Shown: piece after piece, positions 39,428 to 50,874 of the stretch
Numbering within the stretch: position 1 is the first letter of the stretch
Layout: every line of letters begins with the position of its first letter
Notes under the pieces: generated by a model
Told to the model about the DNA's origin: nothing
The model's database searches: none
What the model saw: the letters and a program-made list of their open reading frames with translations, nothing else
Position numbers and translations under genes: made by a program
Origin: a virus
Length of the DNA stretch: 64,000 nt
Reading direction: 5' to 3' (one strand)
Virus record (IMG/VR): IMGVR_UViG_3300033141_004852
Coordinates: 1-64,000 of that record

Positions 39428-40270
39428 CTACTCAGCCTCCATCCGCCGAATCTTCGCCACCAACTCCTCCAACGATTCCCGAGACCACAACGTCCCCTCA
39501 CCCTCTACATAGGTACGCACCGCCCGCAAGGCTTCCAGTGCCAACTCCCTTCGCTTCACAAACGTTGTCAAGGACCGGAGCAGTGTCTCCACCTGCGAGA
39601 CATACACGTCCGGGCCCAGAAGTTCCCGAGCGGCGTCCATAATCCGCCGGGCATCTCGCTCATCTTCCCCCTCCACCTGCGCGAGCCTCCGCGCAATATC
39701 AACCCCCAACTTACGAGCCCGTTCCGCTAAGCTCGCGTTTTCCTCCTCAATCAGACGATCACGAAGCACCCGCACCGCACTCCGACGCTCATCTATCGCG
39801 AAGAGGAGCGACTGCCATTCCCACTGATCAAGTGAACACTCCCGCCGCTGCGCACTCTTCCGCACCGTCCACGTACCCTTCGCGGGATTGTAGAGAATCA
39901 CCCCACACTCGACCGGGACTTCCTCCAAACGGACCAATCCTGTAGGGAACGCGAAGAAGAGGCGATTACACAACGGCAGATAACGGCGGTACTTTCCCTG
40001 ATGAACATCCCCGCGGAAATCCGCAGCGGAAACCTTCACTTCGTACGCTGTAAGGTCGGGGCGAGTATAACTCCGCCGCATCGTGAAGACATCGGGAACG
40101 GGAATCCGCCCCCGGGCCAACCACCGGCTGCCGATGCCTACCCCCTGCCACACCAGCATGTTGTTCATAGACTCACAATGTTGGACAAGCAGATCGCAGA
40201 GGTCGCCGTGGGAACCAGACCAAGTAGAAGACCGTTGTGCTGACAACACCCTACCAGTCAAGTGAGGCAT
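39428..40270 (-). CDS. MmcB-like PD-(D/E)xK nuclease
   Basis: PDV..YEVKVS.ADF..D..K...Y...C..LFFA.P.GL...EVP..CG. Confidence 0.8.
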   Translation of the reverse strand: MPHLTGRVLSAQRSSTWSGSHGDLCDLLVQHCESMNNMLVWQGVGIGSRWLARGRIPVPDVFTMRRSYTRPDLTAYEVKVSAADFRGDVHQGKYRRYLPLCNRLFFAFPTGLVRLEEVPVECGVILYNPAKGTWTVRKSAQRRECSLDQWEWQSLLFAIDERRSAVRVLRDRLIEEENASLAERARKLGVDIARRLAQVEGEDERDARRIMDAARELLGPDVYVSQVETLLRSLTTFVKRRELALEALRAVRTYVEGEGTLWSRESLEELVAKIRRMEAE

Positions 40271-40773
40271 CAGCGCTCCCCCCTCGGCATCCCCTGCTGA
40301 TACCACCAGAGGATCCCCAAGGCGTCGGCCTCGTTATCATCGGCGATCTCCCTCCCATAATGCTCCGACACCGCCGCCATCATTTCCGCCTTACCAGCAT
40401 TCCCCCTTCCCGTCACCGCCTTCTTCAGGGTGCCCGACGGAACACTATCATGGTCTGCCCCGCGCTCCGCCGCCCACTCTATCACGCGCGTGACCATCCC
40501 CACACATACAGCAGTGGCGGCGCCACCACGATGGTGCGCCGCCTCGAAAAGCACGAGATCCCCCGGACCGATGGGGAAAGTCTTCCGCAACCATTGATTG
40601 AATCGCCAGAAACGCATTCCCGGCGACTCGTCCCGCCCTACAGCGAAACTCTGTACCCCTGATTCAATCACCTCACCATCCCAAACCGCCCACCCGGTAT
40701 GGGTGGCCACGTCCAAGCACACAACCAACGGATGTGACCGCGCCGGTATCACCCTGCCGGTCAATTCCGGCAT
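40270..40773 (-). CDS. RuvC-like Holliday junction resolvase
   Basis: CLDVATHTGWA, FEA, LKKAVTGRGNAGK and DDNEADA. Confidence 0.85.
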   Translation of the reverse strand: MPELTGRVIPARSHPLVVCLDVATHTGWAVWDGEVIESGVQSFAVGRDESPGMRFWRFNQWLRKTFPIGPGDLVLFEAAHHRGGAATAVCVGMVTRVIEWAAERGADHDSVPSGTLKKAVTGRGNAGKAEMMAAVSEHYGREIADDNEADALGILWWYQQGMPRGER

Positions 40774-43086
40774 CAATCAAACCCCTCCACACACCCATAG
40801 CAATAGGGTGCCAGATCCGCTTCGAAGGCCTCCGGCGCTCGCAACCAAGTCAGAATCCGCCGTATTTCCTCAGCGAACTCCCGATTTCCCGCTTTCTCCA
40901 CCGCATCCGCATACGCCCGCATCGCCTCCCGAGCGCAGGGGTCCTCGTCCAACCGGAGCACGAAGTAGATGGCACGCGGATCTACTGCCGAACCGTCAGC
41001 GTGAGTAATGATGTACTTCCCCTTCTTCCACCCACCATCCAAATAATCGTGATCAGCCATGAGACACCTCCTGTACTCGCGGAATACGTACCACCGTCAC
41101 GACCACCCGCACCACTCCCAACCACACCGACAGCGACCACACACCATTCCACCGCACGGCGCCGCAACCGAACTCCATCGTCCAGCAACGCCACCCCCGC
41201 CACAAACCAGATCCGAAACAGATAATGTCGCCCCACTTACCCAAAGTCAGGCGCCGCCACCACAATCGGTGCTCCATGCTCATACTCCTTCATTCCACGG
41301 GAAAATCGCGGGAGACGACCAGTACGGCGAAACTCCTTACGTTCTCGTTGAGAGCGATCCTCCGCTTCCTCGGCAGTTTCCACCTCCTCCGCCCCACATT
41401 TGGAGCACCCCCACCGAATCCGCTGGGTGGAAGTAGTGGCGATATAGTACATATACTCCCCACAATGTCGAGGAGAATGTAGACTAGCCACCGATACCTC
41501 CCTTGTAGAAACTCTCCGCGGAGAAGGCGTGTAAGGTGCTGGAGATCAAGCAAACAGCTGCACAAGCGAGAGCAGCACAAGATTCGCAAGCAGAGCACCC
41601 ATGCGTACCTTCTCCGCGGAAAGGTCGACAACCTCGGTTGCCAACTCATCTCCACTTATACACTTGTCAAACTTCGGGGGAGGACAATCCCACCCACAGG
41701 CTTATCCTCCCCCCGGACTGCATCCCGGAGCGGATGCACTCACCTCAGCACTCGTTTCCCCTGTGGGGGAGTATCACGACCAGCAGTGCATCGGGTACTC
41801 CCCCACATCGGGGACCGCGGGGGACGGCCAGGCGCGCGGGAAATCTCAACGCACATCACCCGCACCCACCACCGTGATATTGCGCTGCTTGATTGCCGAC
41901 CCCACACGGCATTGCCCATCCTCGCCGATCTCCAGAATCCCCAAGCGTGCCAGGGTAGTAAGGAGTCTCTCGATCTCCTGCCCCACCCCCTGACGCTGCT
42001 GTTCAAGCGCCTTCATCACCGCTTGGTGGAGTTGCTGCATATCCGCCACGGCAGCCTGCACCTGCGCCCGCAACTCAGCCAAATCCTTGCCGATTTGATA
42101 GGGGTCCGTCACCAACCGAACTTCCGAGATCTTCTGGTCGTTATCAGCCACGATGAATCCTTTCCTTTCTCACACCCTATATACCGACGACTCGCTGAAA
42201 TGTTACATCCACTCGTAGCCGCAACAACCCCACCAACAGTACCTCATCCAGCATCCCCCAGCGCCTCCCCCACCTTGTCGGGAAGCAACCATCGCCCATC
42301 ATGCTCCTGAAGCCATCCGCCAAGACGCTGACGTGAGGAGAAAGGTTTCTCAGGAGGAACCACTCCAGCAGGGAGAAGAACTACGGCATCTAGGTGACCG
42401 GAAGCGTCGCAACGATCCACCCAAAACGCCCCCGACTTATCATTCACCAGGCGCAGATAGTATTCACACGGTTGGCGGGTTTCCGAGTTCCCCGGACTCC
42501 AGATCACCACTCCGAACTCCCATTGACGATACAATTCCCGCTGTCCTTCCAATGGCATAAATCTCAGCCTCCTTTTTCGCACCCACAAGCCCTACCACTA
42601 GGCGCCTCATCCAGTTCTGCCAACGCCGCCTCGACTGCCTCCGCCAAGCCCTTATCCGTTACCAGCGGAGTAATCACGCAATATTCACCTTTGGGGCATC
42701 GATAGACCATCCCCACCTTCGATGAATCCGCTGCCCATTGTATCTCCAACACCGAGACCTTGCCATCTGGAGTCGGAGGGCCAGCAACGGGGATACATTT
42801 GAAATCAGAAGCGGCATGATGCATCATAACTACCTCCAGAAATACCTACACTACCAACATGTACCGATTGCCAACTAGAAAGTTACACTCCCGACCTCCT
42901 ACGCAACCGTCGTATTCGAGAGGCTAGAAGCCGCGCACATGTCCGCGCACCCCGCAACACATCCAATGAGGCAGTATTCGGATTCCCAGCCTCAATCACC
43001 AACTCCAACTCCGCCGCTATGTAATCGGGGTCATGGCGGCGCATCCGCGCAATTTGTTTATCGTAGCGTTCCTTGAGACTACTCAC
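40773..43086 (-). other. Run of small hypothetical genes (40773-41060, 41053-41283, 41237-41491, 41846-42151, 42244-42588, 42564-42827, 42883-43086)
   Basis: Co-oriented short ORFs, several with overlapping stop/start codons and GGAGG. Confidence 0.5.
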
Positions 43087-44014
43087 GGTGTGTCGCCTTC
43101 TCCCTCAACCCAAGGCTGCGACAAACACCCCCCACCTCATGTAACCGACGACGAGCCACACCCAACCACTCTTGGCATATCTCTATACCTATACACTTAC
43201 GCCCCGTCAACTGTGCCGCGACCGCGGTAGTGCCGGAACCAAGAAAGGGATCCAAAACTATCTGCCCGGGGCATGTAAACAACTCGATCAAGTGCGCGAG
43301 CAACCGCACCGGCTTGACGGTTAGATGTGTATTGTAAGCCTCTTTCGTCGGCTTCTCAACGTACATCAAAGTTGTGGGAGACGAACCATCGAGGGTCTTT
43401 GTACTGTCTATCAGACCTACACGGTATCTGAGCCAGTTCTCGATAAATGACCCCTCCCGCGGTTTCATAGCCAACATGATAGTCTCGAACTGAGGACGAA
43501 GTTGAGGTGTCTTCCTACCCCGTAAGTCTGCAAGTATCTCCTCTTTCTTCTTCTCAGACAGGTCCATCTTCCTGACAAAGTGGGTCATCGAGAACGCTTT
43601 GAACTGCGCACGCTTCTTATAGTGCCAGGCAAGCAGATCTCGTATCTCAAACCCAGTGTTTTCGGCTGCCACTGCTAAACGATGATAGAGGCGAGGCTGG
43701 CTAAAACAAAGGAAATATCCACCCGGGACCAACACCCGAAATAACTGCGAAGCAATAGGCTCCATAAACTCCTGAAACGCCACAGCCTGCTTGCGGTCAA
43801 ACTTCATACCAACCGGCAAACCTCCGACCACCCCCGTTGCCCGCGGTGCAGCCCTACCACCCTTGCGCCATCGCGCGTCCAACCCATCAAGGAAATACGG
43901 TGGATCAGTTAGCACCAACTGAATCGAAGAATCGGGTATCTTTTTTAGCCGATCCCTGCAATCACCGAGCCACAATTGACTAGTCATAAAGGTCTTCTTT
44001 TCACGTAGGTTCAA
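43079..44014 (-). CDS. Orphan DNA methyltransferase, N4-C/N6-A beta class
   Basis: GDC, TDPPY, H.TVKP and DPFLGSGTT..GIE; start may be ATG 43987. Confidence 0.93.
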   Translation of the reverse strand: MNLREKKTFMTSQLWLGDCRDRLKKIPDSSIQLVLTDPPYFLDGLDARWRKGGRAAPRATGVVGGLPVGMKFDRKQAVAFQEFMEPIASQLFRVLVPGGYFLCFSQPRLYHRLAVAAENTGFEIRDLLAWHYKKRAQFKAFSMTHFVRKMDLSEKKKEEILADLRGRKTPQLRPQFETIMLAMKPREGSFIENWLRYRVGLIDSTKTLDGSSPTTLMYVEKPTKEAYNTHLTVKPVRLLAHLIELFTCPGQIVLDPFLGSGTTAVAAQLTGRKCIGIEICQEWLGVARRRLHEVGGVCRSLGLREKATHRE

Positions 44015-44067
44015 GTTGTGCCTTTATCACCACACCGAAGACCAACCACCCTCCGCTTCATTTCCCC

Positions 44068-44859
44068 TCATCCCCCAACTACCCGCAAATGAGTCGCCAC
44101 CACATAAGCCGCCTGGAAACACACAACCACGTCCTCGAAAACCACCCTGAGTTCCCGCTCCTCTCGCGGGCTAGTATGCCAGTAGATCATCTGCACCCCG
44201 CGCGAACCCGCCTCATACACCGTCGGCACCAACACATCCGGCGCCCGCCCTTGGGGATGATTATCCTGGACATAAACATCCATCACCACCGCCCGCACAA
44301 TCTCTCCACCTGTTACCTTCTCCATCGTTGACTCCTTCTGAGCAAGCAACCGCCAGTAAAGTTCCTCGCCTTTACTCACCGAAAGTAAAGGTATTTGCGA
44401 ACGCGCCCCACAACTACTAAGGCATCTAGTACAAAGCGGCATCCGAGGACGACGGGGGAGAAGCGTCACGCGGATATACTCAGGACCATCATCCTCCGAA
44501 CCCATCTCCCAAAAACTCCAACACATCTTCGCCCACGCGCCATATTTTACCGCCATGACGCAATTCAATCCTCATAGCACGTCGTCCTCATCCACGATCT
44601 CGTAGTCTTCCCCCACGCACTCCACCCCCAACGATTCCGTCAATTCGGGGTCCCGCAACATAGCGTCCACATGCCAGGGCCAATCCGGCGACTTCGCAGG
44701 ATGATCATCCGGTAGCCGGACCATATCCCCACTCGTCCCCTCGAAGTCCTCCAGCGGCGGATGGTGGACACCCCATTTGATCCCATAGCCGGTAAGACCG
44801 TGGAACACCACCGTCCCCACACGCCTATCCAGTAGTCGTACAAGCGTACCGATCTCCAT
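44068..44859 (-). other. Two hypothetical genes (44068-44568, 44572-44859)
   Basis: Co-oriented packed ORFs. Confidence 0.5.
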
Positions 44860-45677
44860 TATCCACTTTCCTCCTCAGCAATCTCCACCAAGCGTTGGCG
44901 GTCCCTGCACTCCTGCTCCTGGGCTTCCTCCCAAGCACCCTCATCGGTGATATGCTCACGCACTGAATCCTCAATCAATTTCTCCAACACATCCGGTGGC
45001 AGAGCATCCAACTCCACCGTGTCCTCACCGTGCGCCGCGAGGAAGCCCGCTGTCCGACTATCAGTATCCTTCGGCGGCGTCGGAGGAAGTTGATGACGCT
45101 CAATCTGCTCGGGGAGCAGCGCTACCCGCTTCAGCGATACCCGCCATCCCCACGTTACCCGCAATTCCTCCTCGATAGAGCGGTTGATGTCAACTCCCGA
45201 GGGGTCCCAATCCCCGAAGTAGAGGATATTCCGCACCCGCCGATCCTTCGCCGCCACCAAGGTGCTCACCGAAGGATAGCCTCGACAAATCTGCAACGTC
45301 ACTTGGAGGCGGTCTACCACCGGCAGGAACACTGTCGCCAGCGCCTGCTTCTCCAACCATACCTCTGGAGGTGAGTCCTGCTCCGCCCAATAATCGCGGC
45401 GGTAGCCATTCACCAACCCTCGCAAGAAATCACCCAAATCCGACCAACCACCGTGGTGCTGGGGCATCCGCGTCAAATCGGTGAAGGCATGAGGGGAAAG
45501 TTTCCCGTTTTTCCGCCACCGGGTCAGATGCGCGACGAGACGCTTGTACGAGCGCAGCGAGTTCGGAATGACTAGCCCTGCCACAAGTCGATAATAAAGT
45601 TGTCGGACGGTAATCGCCGAACCGTATTCGGCCAATACACACCGACACGCTCGCAAGAGATCGTCAGTCTTACTCAT
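44859..45677 (-). CDS. Winged-helix plus Toprim protein (Topo VI-A/Spo11/JetD-like)
   Basis: TVRQLYYRLV, EVWLEK, RGY.S, YFGDWDPSG and ELDAL. Confidence 0.8.
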   Translation of the reverse strand: MSKTDDLLRACRCVLAEYGSAITVRQLYYRLVAGLVIPNSLRSYKRLVAHLTRWRKNGKLSPHAFTDLTRMPQHHGGWSDLGDFLRGLVNGYRRDYWAEQDSPPEVWLEKQALATVFLPVVDRLQVTLQICRGYPSVSTLVAAKDRRVRNILYFGDWDPSGVDINRSIEEELRVTWGWRVSLKRVALLPEQIERHQLPPTPPKDTDSRTAGFLAAHGEDTVELDALPPDVLEKLIEDSVREHITDEGAWEEAQEQECRDRQRLVEIAEEESG

Positions 45678-46021
45678 TCTACCACTCCATCCTGTGCCAA
45701 ATCTGCCTCGGCATCCACGTCCCCCGGATAATAATCCGGGAGAAGAAAGACAGTACCCCACCACTCCCCATTATGCACCCGACAATCCCCGCATTGTCGC
45801 GGATGGGCACACTCAACCCCACACTCCCCCGACCCCTCCTTCCAAGTGAAGAGGTACATGTTAGCCGTGAAGAAAACGGTGCTACAACACCGCTCACACC
45901 ACGCCCATCGTACCTCATACGATAACGAATAACTCCTGACAACGCCTTGCTTCCGCGGGTGACCAAATAGGCGACACAACAACCTACCCCATGCCAACGA
46001 CAACCGCTGCCAGAATCTCAT
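45674..46021 (-). CDS. Cys-rich hypothetical protein
   Basis: LCRLFGH..CERC; overlapping starts and stops. Confidence 0.5.
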   Translation of the reverse strand: MRFWQRLSLAWGRLLCRLFGHPRKQGVVRSYSLSYEVRWAWCERCCSTVFFTANMYLFTWKEGSGECGVECAHPRQCGDCRVHNGEWWGTVFLLPDYYPGDVDAEADLAQDGVVE

Positions 46022-46545
46022 CAACTCAACTCCTTCATCAGACGACGTAGCACGGGCCTCAGCAGCCGCCAACTCGTTACATGGAAAATCAACGGAGCAG
46101 GCTCTCCCAGACGCTCCTGCACCGCCTCCGCGATCTCAAGTTGGTCTTCCAAATACAGACACGGCAATCGGCTAGATACCCTGGGGATCACAGTCAGACA
46201 AGATACCTTGTGCTCCACAGCGTCTAACCACGGAGGGCGCATACACAAATCACCATATGGAACATCATGCTCGCGCAACCACTCGACAGTCAGGTGCATA
46301 AAACGGGCTTCCCGAGCCGTCACCAAGCGAATATACCACCCTGCCTCGTGAAACTCCCGCAACAACGCGAGCGCATCCGGGTCCGGCAGTGCTCGCCGGA
46401 GTAGCCGCTCCGCCAACCGCGTCGCGACGAGGAACTTCCACACCGCGTCTCCGAGGCGCCGGTGTCCACGTAGGAACGACAACTCCTGCCTCGTCAGCGT
46501 ACCATCGATGTCGCAGACCACCACCGGCCGCGTATCAGTCATCAA
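46021..46545 (-). CDS. HAD-family phosphatase (polynucleotide 3'-phosphatase-like)
   Basis: CDIDGTL, LVTAR, T.EWL, L.MRP, K and LED. Confidence 0.8.
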   Translation of the reverse strand: MMTDTRPVVVCDIDGTLTRQELSFLRGHRRLGDAVWKFLVATRLAERLLRRALPDPDALALLREFHEAGWYIRLVTAREARFMHLTVEWLREHDVPYGDLCMRPPWLDAVEHKVSCLTVIPRVSSRLPCLYLEDQLEIAEAVQERLGEPAPLIFHVTSWRLLRPVLRRLMKELS

Positions 46546-47179
46546 CGGGCTCCTTTCTTCGAGTAGATGGTATCCACGCTAACTCGCCAGGCTCCGGCGG
46601 GAAGTCGATCACTCGCGGCTCCCCATCCTCTCCCGAGACCCGCCTTACGTAGCAGGGAACGCCTGCCTCGCGGCATTGCTCCTGAATAGAGCGGAACCAC
46701 GCGCACTTCGCTCCACCATCGTCCCCACACCCCGCCACCACCTGTCGGAGATCCCGAAGATAAGGAGTAAGATCCACTTCCTCCCATAGAGGTTCCAATA
46801 CCACGCCTCGATTACCGTGAGCGATCTCCAGCAACTCAGGTACACGCTCGTTCACATCCGCCTGCGTCGAACAACGCACGAGAAACCACACGTTCTCCCA
46901 CGCGGGGACTTGGCCATCACTGCGGTGGATGAAACTCGCGAGGGACCACGACTCCAACTCCCGCCGCAACTCCACCACGTGAGTAGTCACGACCAGGAAG
47001 GTATGCTGAGGGTGTCGCAGCATCTGCCCAAACACGCGGTCGCGAGTATCGCCATCCACGCCACCACCCAGGAGATCCATGCCCACGAGTACAACCAGCG
47101 GTGCATAGATGTCCGGGAACGTCGGCTCCGCCCGCGGGTTCCAGATTCGAGACCAAAATGCTAGTCCTGTACCGATCAT
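46535..47179 (-). CDS. Degenerate DUF5131 (Gp37/Gp68)-like protein
   Basis: PQHTFLVVT, NVW...TQ..ERVP.L, EPL and W.RSI.EQC..AGVP; the N-terminal Cys cluster is absent. Confidence 0.7.
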   Translation of the reverse strand: MIGTGLAFWSRIWNPRAEPTFPDIYAPLVVLVGMDLLGGGVDGDTRDRVFGQMLRHPQHTFLVVTTHVVELRRELESWSLASFIHRSDGQVPAWENVWFLVRCSTQADVNERVPELLEIAHGNRGVVLEPLWEEVDLTPYLRDLRQVVAGCGDDGGAKCAWFRSIQEQCREAGVPCYVRRVSGEDGEPRVIDFPPEPGELAWIPSTRRKEPVDD

Positions 47180-50100
47180 TCTAAGTCCTCCAGATCCTCC
47201 CATCGTCTCCACCCCTCACCTGAGCGCCGCTCCCACACCTGCAAGACCGCGACAGTCTTGACGACTCGGAAATCATCCCCTTCACCAGAGCACTCATGCC
47301 ACGGCGGCGGCCCATACTCGGGAATAGGAAGCAGCGGGCCGCCCCAACGTACCTGCACCCGCATCTTCCTCCCACAATGAGGGCACTTCACCGCCAGGAG
47401 TGCCACCTGATAGTAGTAAGGCGCCGGACACACGTCGGGGTGGAACTCACCGTACCGGGGCGTGCCGTTGAAGTCCCACCACGATGGTGGCTCCGCTATC
47501 CGCGACAGAATATCCTCGTACCGTTGGTGCATCATCATTCGGTCTCCACTCCCTCAAGGACACGGCGAACTTCCCGCTCCCTAGCACACACACAGCGCCT
47601 ACGTCGCAAATGTTCTCCCGCGGGCAGTCATCCAGCAAGTCGTAGTGGTGACACTCACAGCGGAGACTCCTTTTCAACGCCGCCCGTCGTGCCTTGTCGA
47701 TTCGGTCGCGTAGTTGATCCCGCTCGGCGACAAGATGCTCCAGGGCCTGCCCCATATCGAATATCCAACTCGTTATGACATCTGCATGACGCGCCGCGGC
47801 ACTCGTCAAACCCAATGCCGTACATGCCGCCCCATGCTTCGGACACTCATACTGCTGAGTCGCCGCATCCCCATCACCCTCGAAATCTTCGGCACCCTTC
47901 ACTACGAGTTCTTCACCACACCAACAACTAGGCATCGCTATCATCCTCCTTCGGGTACTTCTCGCAGAGGGATTCGTGGGCGAGGAGGGATGTGCAACGC
48001 GGACAGGAACACTCGCGAAGCGGCACGTCCCAAGACCGACGAGTAGAGACGCGCAATGCCTCCGCCAACCTCTCCGCGTCTGCTCGCCAGGCGTCGCGCT
48101 CGTCCTCTAGGCGGCGATAGCATTCTCTGCTGACGGGCATCATGGCCGCGAGTTCCTCTGGGCCCCATGTGCCTCCTTCCACGTCCGTATTCTCTTTCAT
48201 CATTCCTCCTTCATTGCGGAATATCAGGGGCCGCCTTGGCGTCAATACCACGAAGTACGCGTGCCAATTCATTCCTCGCCGTTGCCCGTCTGCTGGAACT
48301 GACGTTTACTTCTATAGTGGTAAGTCGCCCATCAACCCACGTTCTCCGATAAGCAGATTCCTCGCATAGAGTGAAGGAGTTCCACTGAGTATGACGCGGG
48401 GTACAATACACCCACCCCATCTCCCTAATAGTTTGCTCAAAATCTCTTATGCCCTTTCCCTTCATTCGCTCTCCTTCCCGCCGAGGGCGCGGGGTGCTTC
48501 CTCTACACATTTCATCATTTGGGTATGTGTGGAGTGAACACTTAGTGCTTGCAACCTTTCCCGCGCCTTCCTCACGCACCCTTCCTCCGGCTCACCCTCG
48601 AAGCCGTAGAACTTGTTGGCCGCGCGGGCAAGCACGCCATATCTCATGCGTATCGGTTCGGGTGCAGTCTTCCAATCACGCTCGGCATCCTCAAACTCTG
48701 CGCCTCGGTATGCTTGACAGAAATCTGCGTGGTGTATTGCCTTCGCCATCTCCTCAAGGCTCATCTCATGCTCCTCCACTACCGGAGAATAGCCCACAAC
48801 GCCAACACCACGACTCCCAGAACGAAGCACGCCGCCGAATTGCGACGATCTCTATCCCCAAGCGGCCGGTAATGCACCCAGAAAACAAGGGGGACCAGCA
48901 CCCCCAGGCACGCGAGAGTTCCCCCCAGAGCCAGCAACACGCGGAGAACCAGGGCGTGGAGGTCAGACATTCAGGGCCTCCAGATCATCCAACACCCGCC
49001 GCAGGGCGTCGAGCGCCGATTCCGCCGTGATACGACCGCACACGACATACCGCGCGATCATGTAGGGTTCCACATCCACCAACTCCCCCGACGGAGCATC
49101 GCAGACGTAGTCGCGCTCGCACAACTCCGTCGCCGGACACGTCGCATGGCAATCTCCCGACTCCACTAACCCGGGACCGGCAACCTTACAGAAGGGACAC
49201 TGCTCCCCGTTCGTGAGGGCCTCCGCGCGCTCCCACTGCCCCCGCTCCGCCGCCTTCACCGCGGCGCGGTACGCCCGAAGAGATTTCCGGTAAGCCTGCT
49301 TGTAGGTCATTTTCCCTCTTCCTCTAGCAAGCAAGGCGGAGACTAACCAACTCCGCACTCTCATCTATTTCGAGACGCTCTTCATCAAACCACTGCCCTT
49401 TACCAGGCGCGCCCTCGATAACGACACGAGGCGTCACCTCCACACGCACGTTAGCAAACAGATACTCCGTGCGTCCTGTTACCACACCGGAGAATCCGCT
49501 GATACGATCCTTCACCGTCTGACCCAACCGCGTTGTCATCGAGATCCTCCCGAATGTCTTCTCCTCGGCTTTCGACTATAGGCACCGGCCAACCCCGCCA
49601 GTCGACGAGCAAGGTATCCCGTAGCGCTAGCGGCTTCGCGTAAGTCAGCCACCAACTCAGCGTCGCTTTGTCGCGTAGCGCCATTCTCTACCCACTCATG
49701 TACAGCCCCCTGTGCCGCAGCCGCCATGACAACGAGTAGGGACGGCACCTCCCTGCCCAATGCCTCCAAACGCGACGCTAACTTATCCCGGTCAATGGGC
49801 TTCATCAGATCTCCGACCGCCTTCCCCGCCGAGGGTGTGGAGTGCATCGCTGACAAACTCGGACGCGTCTCTCAGCGCGCAGCCGAGTATCTCACGTGGG
49901 TGCTCCCGACAATTTGGATACGGCCCCGCACCGCAGCTCTTACAGTTGTTTCGATGAATCACCAGCAGACTGTGCTTTGCCTGTCGCAGGAGCTCGCGGA
50001 CATGCTGCACACAACCCGCCTCGGGATCACCCTCGATACCGTAGAACTTACTCGCCGCGCGGGCGAGGGCATAACTACGGTCCCGGGCGTGCTGAGACGC

Positions 50101-50613
50101 TTCCGCCCACGGGATGGGAACGTGCTCCGACCACGCGTCCTCCCCAGACTGCTCATAACGATACTCCGGGGCCGCCTCGTATAGTGCCTTCGCCAGGTCC
50201 TCCCTCATTCCCCCATCCTCCCCACTCGCGCCGCCTCCTCCACACGTACCAGCACCTTCCGCAACTCGGCAATTTCATCGCGGATAGCGCACAATCGCTC
50301 ATACAGCACCAACCCCCAGCTGATCACGGACCCGAGGATGCCCGTGCAAACCAGGAGAATAAGATACAGCATACGTTCCTCAAACATCGTCTTCACCATC
50401 CTCTCCATCCCCGCTACCTACCGCGGGAAGTCCCAGCACCTCCCCGAAGTCGGCCCCGCAATTCCAGCACCTATTCGCACCCGGGGGACAGAGACCCCCG
50501 CAGCCGCCGTCGCGGGGATTACAGAGCAGCCTCTCCCGCCACGAGTCCGCCCGAATATCCCCACTGGACTCCACCACCGTCCCCAAGTTTACCGGATGTA
50601 CCACCTTCTTCAT
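47176..50613 (-). other. Run of about 12 small hypothetical genes (47176-47538, 47447-47935, 47928-48203, 48211-48465, 48462-48764, 48779-48970, 48963-49310, 49324-49539, 49536-49805, 49792-50208, 50205-50408, 50380-50613)
   Basis: Co-oriented, mostly ATGA-coupled with GGAGG; several CxxC or transmembrane segments. Confidence 0.55.
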
Positions 50614-50874
50614 ACGGAAGCCGCCCTCCTCTACCTCCGGTGACAATCGAGGTAATAGATGTTGTTGGGCTCGATTTTCATCATAATTGTCAACGCTCAC
50701 CTCCTATATACACCCCCGCACCCGAAATTGTTTCATCGAGACGGTGAAACTACCCCCCGAGGATAGTATTCCCATGTAGTGGGGGGGGGGGGGGAGCGTG
50801 GGGAATCTACCACCTACTACAACAGGAGATCCGGGGGGAACCCGCTGTAAAAAGACTAAGTACCCTAGTACCGC

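Noticed and set aside
50781-50794. G14 tract as a phase-variation switch
   Set aside because: Not within a supported gene or recognisable promoter spacer and may be a sequencing artefact; kept only as part of the intergenic finding
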